A stretch of 64,000 nucleotides of DNA from Octopus bimaculoides (lineage: Eukaryota), in assembly GCF_001194135.2 (NCBI RefSeq), contig NC_068998.1:38001-102000 (forward strand). Reading direction: 5' to 3'. The notes beneath the pieces are model-generated. The model worked only from the letters and a program-made list of their open reading frames with translations. It was not told the DNA's origin and searched no databases. The translations under genes and the position numbers were made by a program. How positions within the stretch are numbered: the first letter of the stretch is position 1; each line of letters opens with the position of its first letter. Of the stretch, positions 1-12,126 are shown one piece after another.

Positions 1-171
1 CCTTAGAGCTGTCACAAGAGATATCCATAACAGCAAAACACAATAATAACAATGTTGATGACTCTGCCCGTCACCACCAACAGTGACGGCAAAGACTACA
101 ATGCTGTTGGTAATAACGAAAATAGCATTTTTTTCCCAAATATGTTATAATTTATTACTTCTTATTTTTAG

Positions 172-252
172 GTCACCTGAATGGCAAAATGTCAGTGAAA
201 GTACAAAGAAAGAACTTGGATTAACTTTGGATCACAATGATGGAGAATTCTG
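172..252 (+). CDS. CAPN5: Calpain-5/TRA-3-like gene, first exon in window (end of CysPc protease domain)
   Basis: tttttag acceptor at 170-171; translates (x)SPEWQNVSESTKKELGLTLDHNDGEF(W), the calpain SPEW...DGEFW motif; donor gtgggt at 253 splits the Trp codon (TG|G), completed by the next exon. Confidence 0.93.
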
Positions 253-907
253 GTGGGTATTGAGTGCAATAAGCAAGGTATCACCATAGTTACAACTAAC
301 ACCACCACCACATGATATAACTACTATTATTACTGTTAGCACTATCATCATATATTTACACCTTTTAATTGAATTGATTAGTAAACTCTAGAATTATCAA
401 AAAGTTTAGAAGTAATAAAAACCCTGATTTAATTGATTTTTATCATCAGGACTTGTTTATACTAGCAGGACCCATGAAAATTCCATGGTATAAGTCAGTA
501 CATTTGAAACATTATATTAGTATACTGAACACAAGCAAGCAGTTTCAAAAATCCTTTTGATATCCTCCCATTTAAAAAGGTATCGTTTATTTACCACTTT
601 GTTATACATTTGACAGATATGATGTGTTTTAGAGGTTAAGGAAATAAAAGATGAATTCCTAAATAGAAGTGGCTGGTTTCAAAGAAAGAAATAAAGCTCC
701 ATCACTGAAATTTTGATTACAAAAATAATAAGTGTTCCATGTTGAATTTTAGAAATATCTTACAGGTGTTTACTCTTCCACTTACAGACTGTATCTATAA
801 TTTGAAGATTATGTTTATAATGTGTGAGTTAGTGGATTAATTTCTTTGGCTGAAAATCCTAACTTTTCGAAATTGTCACTTAATGCTGGTTAATTTCTAA
901 TTTGTAG

Positions 908-1085
908 GATGGCGTTTGATGATTTTTGTCAATTCTATACTGACATTGATATTTGTCATATTGTGAACACCAAGAGGTTGACCTTCAAAATGTCATGGAA
1001 AGAATTTAAGTATAAAGGAGAATGGAAACCACCTAACAGATGGGGAGGATGTGGAAATAATGAAAATTTCTTAGACAATCCTCAG
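908..1085 (+). CDS. CAPN5: Calpain-5/TRA-3-like exon (end of protease domain, start of domain III)
   Basis: tttgtag acceptor; G + 59 codons MAFDDFCQFYTDIDICHIVNT...W..NRWGGCGNNENFLDNPQ; donor gttggt at 1086. Matches the calpain FWM..DF...GGC..N...F..NPQ signature. Confidence 0.95.
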
Positions 1086-1203
1086 GTTGGTTTATATAAA
1101 GCATACTATGTAATGCATCTCTTTCACTCTCAGCTTCCTTTCAGGAAAATTCTCTGATTTTCACTGCTTTTTCACAACTTACTTGATTCCATTGTAATTA
1201 ATA

Positions 1204-2433
1204 TTGGACCATCCCATAAATAATGCAGTTTTTTTTTCAATTGCATGAACTAAAAGTTGTAGGGGGATGGGATAAACTACCTGCATCAACTTGCTGTAAA
1301 AACAGGTAGTAATTTTACCCTGTGCTTATTCTTAGTGCAAGTTTTGAAGAGTTCACTTTGATTTTTTCAAAGCTATAATGGAAGTGACAAAGGAGTATAT
1401 TTGGCATATTTTGCTTTATGAGTTCAATAAAGGCAACAAGGCAATGGAAAGTGTGAGGAATATCAATGCTGTATATGGGGATCAGACAATAAGCGTCATC
1501 CAGCATCAGTGGTGGTTCCAGAAATTCTGAGCCAGAAACTACAGCCTGGAAGATCTGTAGGGCTCAATAAGGACATCCTGCAAACCCTGGTAGAACAAAA
1601 TCCCATCATAACTGTTGAAGAACTAGCAGAGAAGTTTGGATTTGGTCATTCAACCATTCATTGACACCTGCATACCATCAGAAAAGTCAGCAAATTAGGT
1701 CAGTGGGTTCATCTCAAACTTTCCGAGTCTGATCACATGCAGAGAGTGAATGTGTGCTCTTCTTTGCTGTCACGTCTCAAGAATGAACCTTTTCTAGACC
1801 GAATAATGACTGGTGACATGAAATAGGTTCTCTATAAAAATGTCAAGTGCCAATAACAGTGGGTAGGGATAGGAGAAACACCAACACTCCAGGCTAAAGA
1901 AGGTCTTCACCCATGTAAGGTATTGTTATCTGTTTGTTGGGATATGAAAGGTTTAGTCCACTTTGAACTTTTAAACCCAAACCAAATGATAACAAAGTAG
2001 ATCCACTGTGAGCAGCTTAAGTCAGCACTAGAAAAAAAAAATGACCATTTTTGGTTTCAAGATGAAAGGTGTTCTTCCATCAGGATAATGCAAGGATGTC
2101 ATTCCAAAGGCTGGAGTAGCTTGAATGAGAAATGATGCCCCATCCACCATATTCCCCAGACATTGCTCCATCTGATTATCATTTATTCTGCAATTTTCAA
2201 AATCATTTGGATGGACAAAATATGAATTCTGTAGATGAGATCAGAACAGTACTGGAGGAATATTTTTCACCACAGACAAGTGATGGAAGAGAGGCCTTGC
2301 AAGTCTACCAGATAGATGGAAGAGCATTGAAGAAAATGAAGGAGAGTATATTTTAGATTAAAAGAGAACTTCATCTTAATTTTGAAGAATAAAAGAAGTA
2401 TTAAAAAACTGCAATATTTGAGGGATGATCCAA
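1204..2433 (+). mobile_element. Near full-length, defective mariner (Tc1/mariner) transposon in calpain intron 2
   Basis: Imperfect ~31-bp TIRs (ttggaccatcccataaataatgcagtttttt / aaaaaactgcaatatttgagggatgatccaa) with TA at 1202-1203 and 2434-2435. Transposase motifs GQWVHLKL (WVPHEL-like), RIMTGD, HQDNAR and HPPYSPDIAPSDYHLF, broken by stops and frameshifts. Confidence 0.93.
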
Positions 2434-4692
2434 TATTTATGCCTCTAATTTAGAATAAAAGCTGAATTATTAAACTGATTTACTTCAAAGTGATTTTCAC
2501 TAGATATTTTATGGAAATTAAGTTTACTTAGACAAACATCAAGTTTTGATGGCAACAATAATATGTAATTACTTCTGACATTGGAACTATTTAGAACAAA
2601 CACCACCAGTAGTATTTTGTTATTGCAGTGTATACAGTATTAACAAGAGAGTAGCTTCTACATAACTGTTTCACATGTTTGGTATAGTAACTATAGATTA
2701 CTACAAAAAAAACAAAAAAACTCTTATTTTAACATAAGAATGATTTGTTTATGCTCCAAAACAAGATAATGCATCCCAGCAACAGAGGAAAGCTGCTGGA
2801 AAAACTGAGCGAATGGTTTCTTTGATCTGCTGTGTTTGCCAAATATCTTCTGACCTAGACAAAAACTAAACAATTAAGACAACATCATCAGAAACAACTT
2901 AAAAACAAAGACAAAAAATTAAGAATTGAAATTAGATTACAGAATTGGTTTGTTGGGAGTTTATCTTCAATTTTATGGCAGTCAGCTTTCCCCTTTAGAT
3001 AAACTGAAACAAATTCACTCATCTCTTTTAATGCCGGAGTCACAACTGGATGAATTTACTTTTTACATTATTAATACATCATGGGTTATGAATAAGTCTT
3101 TGGTATTGTATCTATAAGCATTTAATGTTGTCATAAAATTATTAGATCCAGAAAAGGCATTTTTTAATTAGCTATCATGAAAATAGAAACAGTTTCATTG
3201 CTATTTTTAACTATTTATGAAGATATGTTCATCTCTTTGTTTGAAGATGTTAAAATGTAACAGCCAGAGATTGCTTATTAAAATTATCATTAAAATCATT
3301 GTTAACATCATCATTGTCATTGATATTGTTGTTGTCATCATCAACATCGTCATCAATACTCTTATGTATGCTTTTCCATGCTGGTATGGCTTGGATGGTG
3401 TGTCGCTGTTCAAATCACTCCTTACTTGAGGTTACTGCTCAGGGACTACAACTCACTCTTGTGTTTCATTTTCAACATGTTTTTATGCCTGGATGCTTTT
3501 TCTAACATCAGCCATTTAATCGAGTGGACAGGGTTTATTCTATCATAACAGCACTGGAAAAGATATCTAGTTCCCATAGAGAATATACAATGTTTTCACC
3601 ATTTGTTCAAGGCAACATAACAGCGAGTGATGAAAGAGAGAGAGAGAGAGAGAAGCACTAATTAGAGTGAGAAGGTGACAAAGGAGAGGGTGGTGGAAGA
3701 GAGATAGTGGTAGTTACATATTGCTATTGGTAATGAGAAAGAATGCAAAAACAACATGAGTAGCATCATGGGAGAAGCGAGGACACTAGGAAGGAGACAA
3801 GATTATGGAAAAAGAAGAAATGAAAGTCAAAGAAAGTGATGAATTGCATCTGAATGATGGGTAGGACTCTGAAGTTTCTTGATTTTAGATTATTTCTTCC
3901 ATGTCTGGAATTTCTTCTCTAAATTTTCTATGGATTCAGTTACAATAGCAAGGTCATTTATACAGAAGTTCCTGTGGACAGCCAGTCGTCTCTGTTATGG
4001 CAGGGAAAATTATAAGTAGAAGAGTGAGAACTGTGCTTTGTTGAACTCCTAATTTCTTGCTGATTTGTTCATCACTAGTTTCATTGTTATCTTTGCTGAT
4101 TCGTTTTTATTATCTGTTTTCAACGTTGCTATGAAGAAGATAAGTTGTCAGATCCAATGTTACACTTTTATGTTCTGGTTATCATGATTGTGAAGCCCAA
4201 CATTTTCAGATTTGATTGTAGCCCTGTTTTACTCGAGACCTGGGTTAGCCCTTATCCTCAAAGACCAGTCAAAGATCGATAACCAGCACTCCACCGAGAT
4301 ATAAAAGCTGAGTAGATAGAGTATGATATAGTAGATTCATGAGGGTGTGAGTTCATATTGTAATGCAGGTATTTTATGTTACCCTAGACATTCAATTCTC
4401 TTTACCACTGGCATGTTACCAGCAAAAGACCAAAATTCTAACCAGGTAATGTTTTCTCTCTCATTGTCTTACTACTAAAGAAAGTAGAGTTAGAGTTTAG
4501 TTGTATAGAATATTGCTGTTTAGAAATGGATTCAGGTGGTGATTCCTTTAAAAAACGTATGAATATTACACCATTGCAACGCTTTGCTCTCCTCTTTAAA
4601 GATCAGATATCTCATAGTTACCATAGTTACCATGTTAAATTGCATCATATGAAAACAAATTCCAAATAACATAATATTGTGTATTTACGCAG

Positions 4693-4809
4693 TATCTATT
4701 CCGTATACATAATACCCAAGAATTACTACTGTCTTTGGAACAATCGGAAAAACGGTCAAGTAAGAAGAAAGGTAAAGAAAATGATGTGATTGGCTTCACA
4801 GTTTTTCGG
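4693..4809 (+). CDS. CAPN5: Calpain-5/TRA-3-like exon (domain III)
   Basis: Not in the ORF track. tttacgcag acceptor; 39 codons YLFRIHNTQELLLSLEQSEKRSSKKKGKENDVIGFTVFR; donor gtaagc at 4810; phase 0/0 consistent with neighbours; aligns by eye to CAPN5 YIFEV...IGFDIYK. Confidence 0.92.
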
Positions 4810-5914
4810 GTAAGCAAAACTTATAATTTAAAGAATGTTATTATTCATTCTTTCGTATAATTATGGCTACCTCTAAACTATTTACTGAATAGAGCCTAAT
4901 ATAGTTCTGGTCTCATCTAAACTTGACAACTATTTACTAGATGAAGAATCCTTTGTTTCAGGTAACCTTCTTTCATCTGCCCCCCCCCCCCACTCTGTCT
5001 TACCTAAGCACCCTACTTCAAACACTTTTCCTATCTTCCCTTTCAAACTGAACTTCAAACTATATATTAATTTCATTGATATTACCTCCGCTGTCTTTCC
5101 TAATTAAGTAATAATAATTGATGATCTGATAGAGAAGGATTTATTTTATTAAAATATTTTCTTTACTATAGTAATATCACTAGTAAAACATATTACTGGC
5201 CTAATATACCAATGTGTGTATGTGTGTGTGTGTGTGCGTGTGAGCATGTGTGTGCATGCACTCATGCTTGTGTATTTGTACAGATCCCATGTATGTCTGC
5301 GTGATTGTGCTTGTATATCTATTTGGTACGGATTGCCTCTTGATTTAAAGCTAAAATCTCAAAATTTCTCAGTTTGAAACTCATTTTCTTACTAGGTATG
5401 AAAAACAAGACAGTGTCACTTCCATTTCGAACAACATGTGCAAAAGTTTGAATGTCACAACTTCCTATTTTTGTAATTTCCCTATTGTTGTATTTAACCT
5501 CTCCATCGATGCTAACCTGTATATTTGACTGATGAAGCTTGCTTTGATGATTTGACAATATCTTTATCTTGGAACTGCTTCTTGCACGAGTTGTTTCCAC
5601 TTATTTCCTTACTCTTTAATGTCAGAAACATATATTTGAAAGGATTGGAATTAACAGTAAACATCAAATCAAAACACTAATTGTTGGAAAATCCTGATGA
5701 CTTTTCTCTAATTCTTTGACTGACTGCAGTGGATGGACCAAATATTCTATAATCAGTTGAATCATCATGACAATATTTGCCTGGTAATATTAAACTTAGA
5801 TGAATGAAAAGTTATAAAAATACTGGTCTGGATTAAGCTTCAGGAGAATGAGGGACCATGGGGTTTTGTAACATTCTGAAATTTTTCAAACATATCTAAC
5901 AACATAAATACACT

Positions 5915-6030
5915 AGTAACACTGTCACCACCACCACCATTGCTGCTGTTGCCAACAGCGCCGCTGCCGGCACCACCACCACCACCACTACAACAGCAGC
6001 AGCAGCCACTGCTTCCACCACAGTAACAAC
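5915..6030. repeat. Compound trinucleotide repeat (CCA/GCA/GCT)
   Basis: Runs of caccac, tgctgc and cagcag; explains the Gly/Cys-rich ORF 5840-6124. Confidence 0.8.
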
Positions 6031-7133
6031 AATTTGTTAATGGGTGATAAACTAAAAGTGTTTGCAGTGAAATAAAAACTCGATATTTGAAAGACATGTA
6101 CCTGAACCAAATGGCCACCACCACTAAGTGAGCAAAAAACTTGATGAGTTTTTTGATTTTGAATTATGTTATTGAGTGAATTTGTAGAATTGGTACTGGA
6201 CAAAATATGGCTTGTATTCAGTTAAATAATTTTCTATTCTGTATTGAAATACTACTGAGGGTTGACTTCCTTTCATAGTTTCAGAGTCAATAAAATACCA
6301 GTAACAAACTAGGGAAGTGATAAGTAACTGTTTCCCTCTCTCCAAATGTTTGGATTGCTTTGCACTTGTGTTATTTAATTATTCGTTGTTAGTCATAATT
6401 AAGGGGCAACAAAAAAGTATAAATGTTGTTTATTAGACACATGTCAATGTAACGTGTCCATTATGCTACTAATTCCTTTCTTCTATATAGTTGCATAATA
6501 TTTTCGATATCATTTTATAATATGTAATTCAATGTCAGTCTCTTCAACTTGTTCACTAATGAGTTTATAACTGGACACACATTCAGACTCAGAATCTTTG
6601 TTCTCTCTGCCATTTACAGCCTTGCTAAGTGATGGCAAGTGCTTCCATGGAGAGGTTTGATAACACTGAAGCATGTCTACAGTTGCTGACCATATTTGGC
6701 ATATCCCCCACCACACCACTACGTTTTCCTTTTTTATTTTTGATAAATTTTGTATTTTAGACCTTATCTTTCCTAAGAAAAATTAATCATTAAAGTTAAT
6801 GATTATCAACTGTCTCCATTTAATTGTAGCTCAACAGTAAATAGGTACTATGTGTATGTAAAGTTTAAGCAAATAAAGACTGTAGAACTGATAGAAGTTC
6901 CTTTGTTTGAAAGAACTATCATATACCCCCAATGATGGGGGAAGAATCAATGAGAAACAATTCCACAGTTATCTCCCTTTAATCTTTACATTTCCTACCA
7001 CATTTAAAAAAACAAATTCTTTTTAATTTCTTAAAATTTTACCAGATAAAAACCAAGTCAGGGTTAGAGTTTGCTATTTTTGTTTTTTGGTTTTATGAAT
7101 CTATTTTTTATTTTTTTTTTGATGAAATTCTAG

Positions 7134-7333
7134 GCTGGCATCAATCAGAAATATAGAATTCACAACAAACTCTACGATAGAATCCATTCTGGCCCCTTTT
7201 CTAATGCTCGAGGAGTATTTGCAAGAGTTGCTTTTAAAAAAGGGGTTTACTGTGTCATCCCATCGACTTTTGAATCGAAAATACGTGGTGAATTCATATT
7301 ACGTATTTATGCTACTTCAAACATAAACTTGAG
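7134..7333 (+). CDS. CAPN5: Calpain-5/TRA-3-like exon (domain III C-terminal half)
   Basis: Not in the ORF track. ttctag acceptor; AGINQKYRIHNKLYDRIHSGPFSNARGVFARVAFKKGVYCVIPSTFESKIRGEFILRIYATSNINL + AG; contains the Y.VIPSTF....GEF.LRI motif; donor gtaaag at 7334. Confidence 0.95.
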
Positions 7334-7594
7334 GTAAAGTTTATTTATGCTATCAACATTCCTGTTGTTATTGTTGTGAGAATGGTAAATGGCAGAATTT
7401 ATAGAATCTTAGAATGATCCTTTGAAATCTTGCCAGAATCAACCTTAACTTTATATCCATTCTAGTTGATAAATTAAGTACCTGTTAAATAGTTGGGTGG
7501 TAGTAAAATTTTCCTTCAAACATTAGTCTTGTGCTTCGTTTAGATTTTTCTGATTAAAGTATAAAAATTTGTCATTATTTTTCCTCTATCCCAG

Positions 7595-7707
7595 AGAACT
7601 TATAAAAGAGGGTCCTAAAGCTAAGCGCTTCTTCAGAGCACCCTATTTAGCAGCTACAGCAGTCAATATTTTTCGTGGAGAACAGCTTTTTTCTGACACC
7701 AGTCAAC
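7595..7707 (+). CDS. CAPN5: Calpain-5/TRA-3-like exon (linker and start of C2/T domain)
   Basis: cctctatcccag acceptor; A + ELIKEGPKAKRFFRAPYLAATAVNIFRGEQLFSDTSQ + C; donor gtaagt at 7708; phases 2/1 fit the flanking exons. Confidence 0.9.
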
Positions 7708-8932
7708 GTAAGTTATCTATCCCTATCTCTCTCAAATATAATCCTACACTTTGTGTTGCCTTGAAATTCTCTTACATAACATGACAAAATTATTACACGT
7801 TTTCCTTTTTTTTTTTGTTTTTTCATTCTGTAACATTAACCAAATATAACCTGACCAGTTGATAGTAAGAATTTTGCTGCTTTATTTATGTGCACTCTAT
7901 ATGAGTTTAAACATAATATGCTGTATTGAACTCTATAAAATAGAACAGAAAGAAAATAGAATTCACGGTACTGTTTATTATTCATTATTATCATTTTGAC
8001 CCATCAGGTATCAGTGCCTCACAGGTGAGATACTAATACAAACAGTGCAGATATGTCTTATCAGATGACAATGTCAAAAAGTACCTTGTGTTTTAATCTC
8101 TGCTTTGCTTATTTCAATTCAAATACATTTCAGTTGTTGTCGTTCGCTACCTGTAAACACAAGAAACTTGGGTTATAATGAAGAACATGTCTCATATAAG
8201 AATTAAAGTAACTTTTATAAAGAATCAAAAAATTAAATAGATATAAAAATAAGTAAGTGAATCAAATAATATGCTTTACCCAGATAATGAAACATGTTAA
8301 ATAAAACCATGGATAGGACAAAACACAACTGGAAATTCAAACTGGTCTTAGGCAACCTTTATACTTATGTTCTTCATTTTAATCCAAATTCCCTGTGTAT
8401 ACAAGTAGCAAACTGAAAGAAGGGAAACAGGGATTAAAAAATGAGGTACTTTTTGAGAAGTCACCTGATGAGACACATCTGCACCAATGATGCAGCACAA
8501 CTGTTTGTCCAGCATCTCACTTGTGAGGAGGCACCTATGCATCATTGGTCAGAAGGATTCTTGTGAATAATAATGAGTCATGTGAATCCCATTTTCTTTC
8601 CCTCATATTTTATAAACTCTGTGGGCATGAAGGGATTCCTGAAAGAAACCCAACGTCATTCAAATCCCTATTGTTGTGACATGAGAAAGCTGAAGACAGC
8701 GAACTGGCTTTAAAGGGCATACTACAAAGTGTGAACCCAAATTCAAAATTATTATTTATATATCATCATCATTGTCGTTTAATGTCCATTTTCCATGCTA
8801 GTCTGGGTTGCATGCTCTCTCCCTCAATAATAATAATAATGATAATGGACAAGTGAAGAGAACAAGGTAGTAATGCAGTGCTACTTGGAAAGTTAACCCA
8901 GAGTAGGAAGTTACAGAAAATGTATGTTAGCA

Positions 8933-9900
8933 CATCATCATCATCTTTTAACGTCTGCTTTCCATGCTGGCATGGGTTGGGCAGTATGACTGAGGACTGG
9001 CAAGCCAGGAAGCTGTGCCAGGCTCCAATCTTTTCTGACAAGGTTTCTGTAGCTGGATGCCCTTCCTAATGCCAACCGCTCGAAGAGTGTAGTGGGTGAT
9101 TTTTGTGTGCTACTGGCACAGGTGCCAGTTAGACAGCACTGGCAACAACCACACTCATATGGTGCTTTTACATGCCACCAGCATGGGAGCCAGTCTGGCA
9201 GCACTGGCATCAACAAGGCTCGAATGGTGCTTTTTTCATGCCACTGGCACAGGAGCCAGCCAGGTAGCACTGGCATTGACCATGCTCAAATGGTGCTTTT
9301 TACGTGCCACTGGCACAGGTGGCACTGACATCGACCACGACAACGATTTCACTTGACTCAACAGGTCTTCTCAAGCACAACATATTGCCCGATGATTGAA
9401 GAGTACTTTTAAACACATCAGTTATGCAGTGCTGGCATTGGCCACGGTTATGATATTACTTGGCTAATCGGGTCTTCTCAAGCACTTATCTCCGAAGTTC
9501 TCACTCACTTGTCATTGCCTCTGAAGCCCAATGTTTGAAGGTCGTGCTTCACCACCTCATCCCAGGTCTTCCTGGGTCTATCTCTTCCACAGGTTCTCTC
9601 CACTGTTAGGGTGTGACACTTCTTCACGCAGCTGTCTTCATCCATATGCAACACAAGACCATACCAGCACAGTTGCTTCTCTTGCACACCACATCTGATG
9701 CCTATTATGCCCAAGATGCTTCTCTCAAGACTCTTACACTCTGTCGTACATGCACATTGACATTGCATATCTAGTGAAGCTTCATTTCTTTCAAGCCTAT
9801 GCATGTCCTTGGCAGCCACAGCCCATGTTTCACTGCCATGTTATATGGCTGTTGCATAAATGCATCATACAGTCTACCTTTCACTGCCCTTTGTTACCAA
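8933..9900 (-). mobile_element. 5'-truncated RTE-clade LINE, 3' end (degenerate) in calpain intron 5
   Basis: Minus strand reads KGRLYDA...WYGLVLHMDEDSCVKKCHTLTVERTCGRDRPRKTWDEVVKHDL (RTE C-terminal WFGHV.RM...GRPRKTW motif), then a 3' UTR with tggcac-rich internal repeats and a (GAT)n tail. Confidence 0.85.
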
Positions 9901-10132
9901 CAGAGGTAGCAATTCTCTGAACTTTGCTCAGCAGAGACTAGTGGACCAGTTTGATGCTATTAGGGGAAATAAGTGGATGGCAGAATTAGAGTTAGAAGAT
10001 TTTGCAAGGGAACTAAAAAAGAAAGACCAAAAAGTAAAATAGGTAAACAACACAAACCAGGATGAAGTAAGATGCATAAAGGATATAATTCAAGCCAAGG
10101 AAGAGCCTACAAGGGAAAATAATAGCACTAAC

Positions 10133-10465
10133 AATAGCATGGATAGAGTATAAGATAGGCTATGATAAGTGGATAAATGAAGGTTTGAGTTTATTTAGTA
10201 TTGTAGACAAGATAAGAGAGTTAATTAGCTTTAGCATAAAGAAATGGAAAGTAGATCTCTACTCAGGTGACACAACATTAGGGCAAGTTAAGATTGGGAG
10301 GAATTTTCCAGGGAGACTCATTATCCCCTTTAATATTTGTGTTAACCCCACCTACTAGTTTAGTATTAAGCAAAGAATAAAAAATAGATAGATTCTTTAA
10401 TTCTAAGTGTAAGACTCTTCAGCAAAGATATAGTTATGGAATATGGTATGAATAAGTGTGCAATA
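10133..10465 (+). mobile_element. Reverse transcriptase fragment of an R4/Dong-like (RLE) LINE
   Basis: Degenerate IAWIEYK..YD, GIFQGDSLSPLIFV and DIVMEYGMNKCA motifs in order, with large internal deletions. Confidence 0.75.
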
Positions 10466-11191
10466 TTAGTCATAAAATTTACCAAAGAAATGTTGTGATT
10501 GATGTGAGCAATATGTTAGTTATATCATAATATAATACATACTCACACATACACATATCTCAACTGATGTCCACCTACACATAACACACATATAACACAA
10601 GCACACTTAGCACAACACATAAGCAACTCATGATATGTAAGGAATTAGAATCTATCATAAAATACAGTGATTGAAGGAGTCTATTAGAGAAGAGCAACAG
10701 GAATATATCAGAGGTTAATATATTTGTATAAAAATCTGAATTATTGAGCATCTTAAAAGACAAACTTCCTGTTGCTATTTCATTCAGGTTTATTTCTTGT
10801 GACTTTGGTCACAGTTCCTCCTTTTAGTCTAAAGTGTTCAACACTCTTTCCTTCCCACTTCATAACTTGCTTCTGCTGTCTCTTCCACTCTAACTCCTTA
10901 TTTCTACCTTGTATTGAACTGTCTGCATGCATGATTGCCTGTTTCACAAACTGCTTATTCCTATGTATATACTGATATATCTAATATAACTTGCTTTGTA
11001 ATAATTTCTTGCTCTCTCTTTCACCTCTCTTATCACAGCTACTGCTTTCTCCTTCCAGAATAAAAAAAAAAAGGAAAAAAACCCAACAAAAAGACTCGAC
11101 ACGTGACCTAGCCTTTTATAGTCATATATAGCATGTACATGTGTGTATATGTGTTTGTATGTGAGTGTGTGTGTCTGTATGTATATGAGTA

Positions 11192-11224
<33 letters not shown>

Positions 11225-11358
11225 TTAAGTCTGTGTGTGAGTTTGTGTGTGTAATATTTATTTATTGGTTGGTTTTCTATATTCCTCAGTTTACCATATA
11301 CTCTTCCCTCAACCCCACCACCATGTTCTGACATTTCTTGGAAATATTTATGTTGCAG

Positions 11359-11492
11359 ATAAAGTATATTGTATAATACGGTGTGAGAAAAAGAAGCAGA
11401 AAATTCCCAGCTTTAAGGGAATTGAAGAATTCAATTGGAATACTCGAGCAACATTCTTTAGACAGAAGCCTGAAGAAGATGTTAAAGTTGAG
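11359..11492 (+). CDS. CAPN5: Calpain-5/TRA-3-like exon (C2/T domain)
   Basis: tgttgcag acceptor; AT + KVYCIIRCEKKKQKIPSFKGIEEFNWNTRATFFRQKPEEDVKVE; resembles CAPN5 YVIIKCEG...GIFYRKK...ITVQ; donor gtaaaa at 11493. Confidence 0.92.
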
Positions 11493-11688
11493 GTAAAATA
11501 CACGCACACATACATATATACATACGTATATACACATACATCTATACATACACATGTTAATGATATTTTGTCCTTTATATACCTGTATGCATGTTCACGC
11601 AAACACACATACATGTATGTATGTATGTATGTATATATGGAAGAAGAGTGTTGTAGTTCGATTGAAGCATTGTAGTACAGAAGTAAAA

Positions 11689-12021
11689 TAATGAACGAAA
11701 AGGGAAATAAAGAAAGTTTCTAACAATGTAGAGATGAAAAGTGAAAAACCTTTATATTTTGGGCACAAAGGCCCATCTTTCGGAAGTGTACAATCTCTCC
11801 CACCCCCGATCTTTGTGGTATCAACAACATCATCATTCGAGAAGCTGCTGCTTCTAGCACAAGCACTGAACTAAAACAGAGTCATTGCCCATCCTGCAAT
11901 CCAACTAGCAGGATCTATGTAGACACCCACTTCTGAAGATGGGCCTTTGCACCCAAAATATAAAGGTTTTTCAACTTTCATCTCTGCATTGTTAGAAACT
12001 TTCCTCATTTCACTGTTCATT
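11689..12021. repeat. Inverted repeat (~100-bp arms, ~140-nt loop), probably Penelope-like terminal repeats
   Basis: 11689-11788 is the reverse complement of 11928-12021 (about 85-90% identical by eye), e.g. aaaaacctttatattttggg / cccaaaatataaaggtttttc. Confidence 0.88.
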
Positions 12022-12126
12022 CATATAAATAAATGATTATGATGTCATATGTGTGTGCATGTGTATATATACATCTATGAATTTGTGTTGCAAGATTCAT
12101 GATGTGAAACCATGTGTTGAAACAGA

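Noticed and set aside
2132-2356. Mariner ORF as a domesticated SETMAR-like gene
   Set aside because: The upstream transposase has stops and frameshifts, and the element retains TIRs and TSDs like an ordinary dead copy.
5840-6124. Gly/Cys-rich ORF resembling a structural protein
   Set aside because: Produced by a compound CCA/GCA trinucleotide repeat; flanks are not coding-like.
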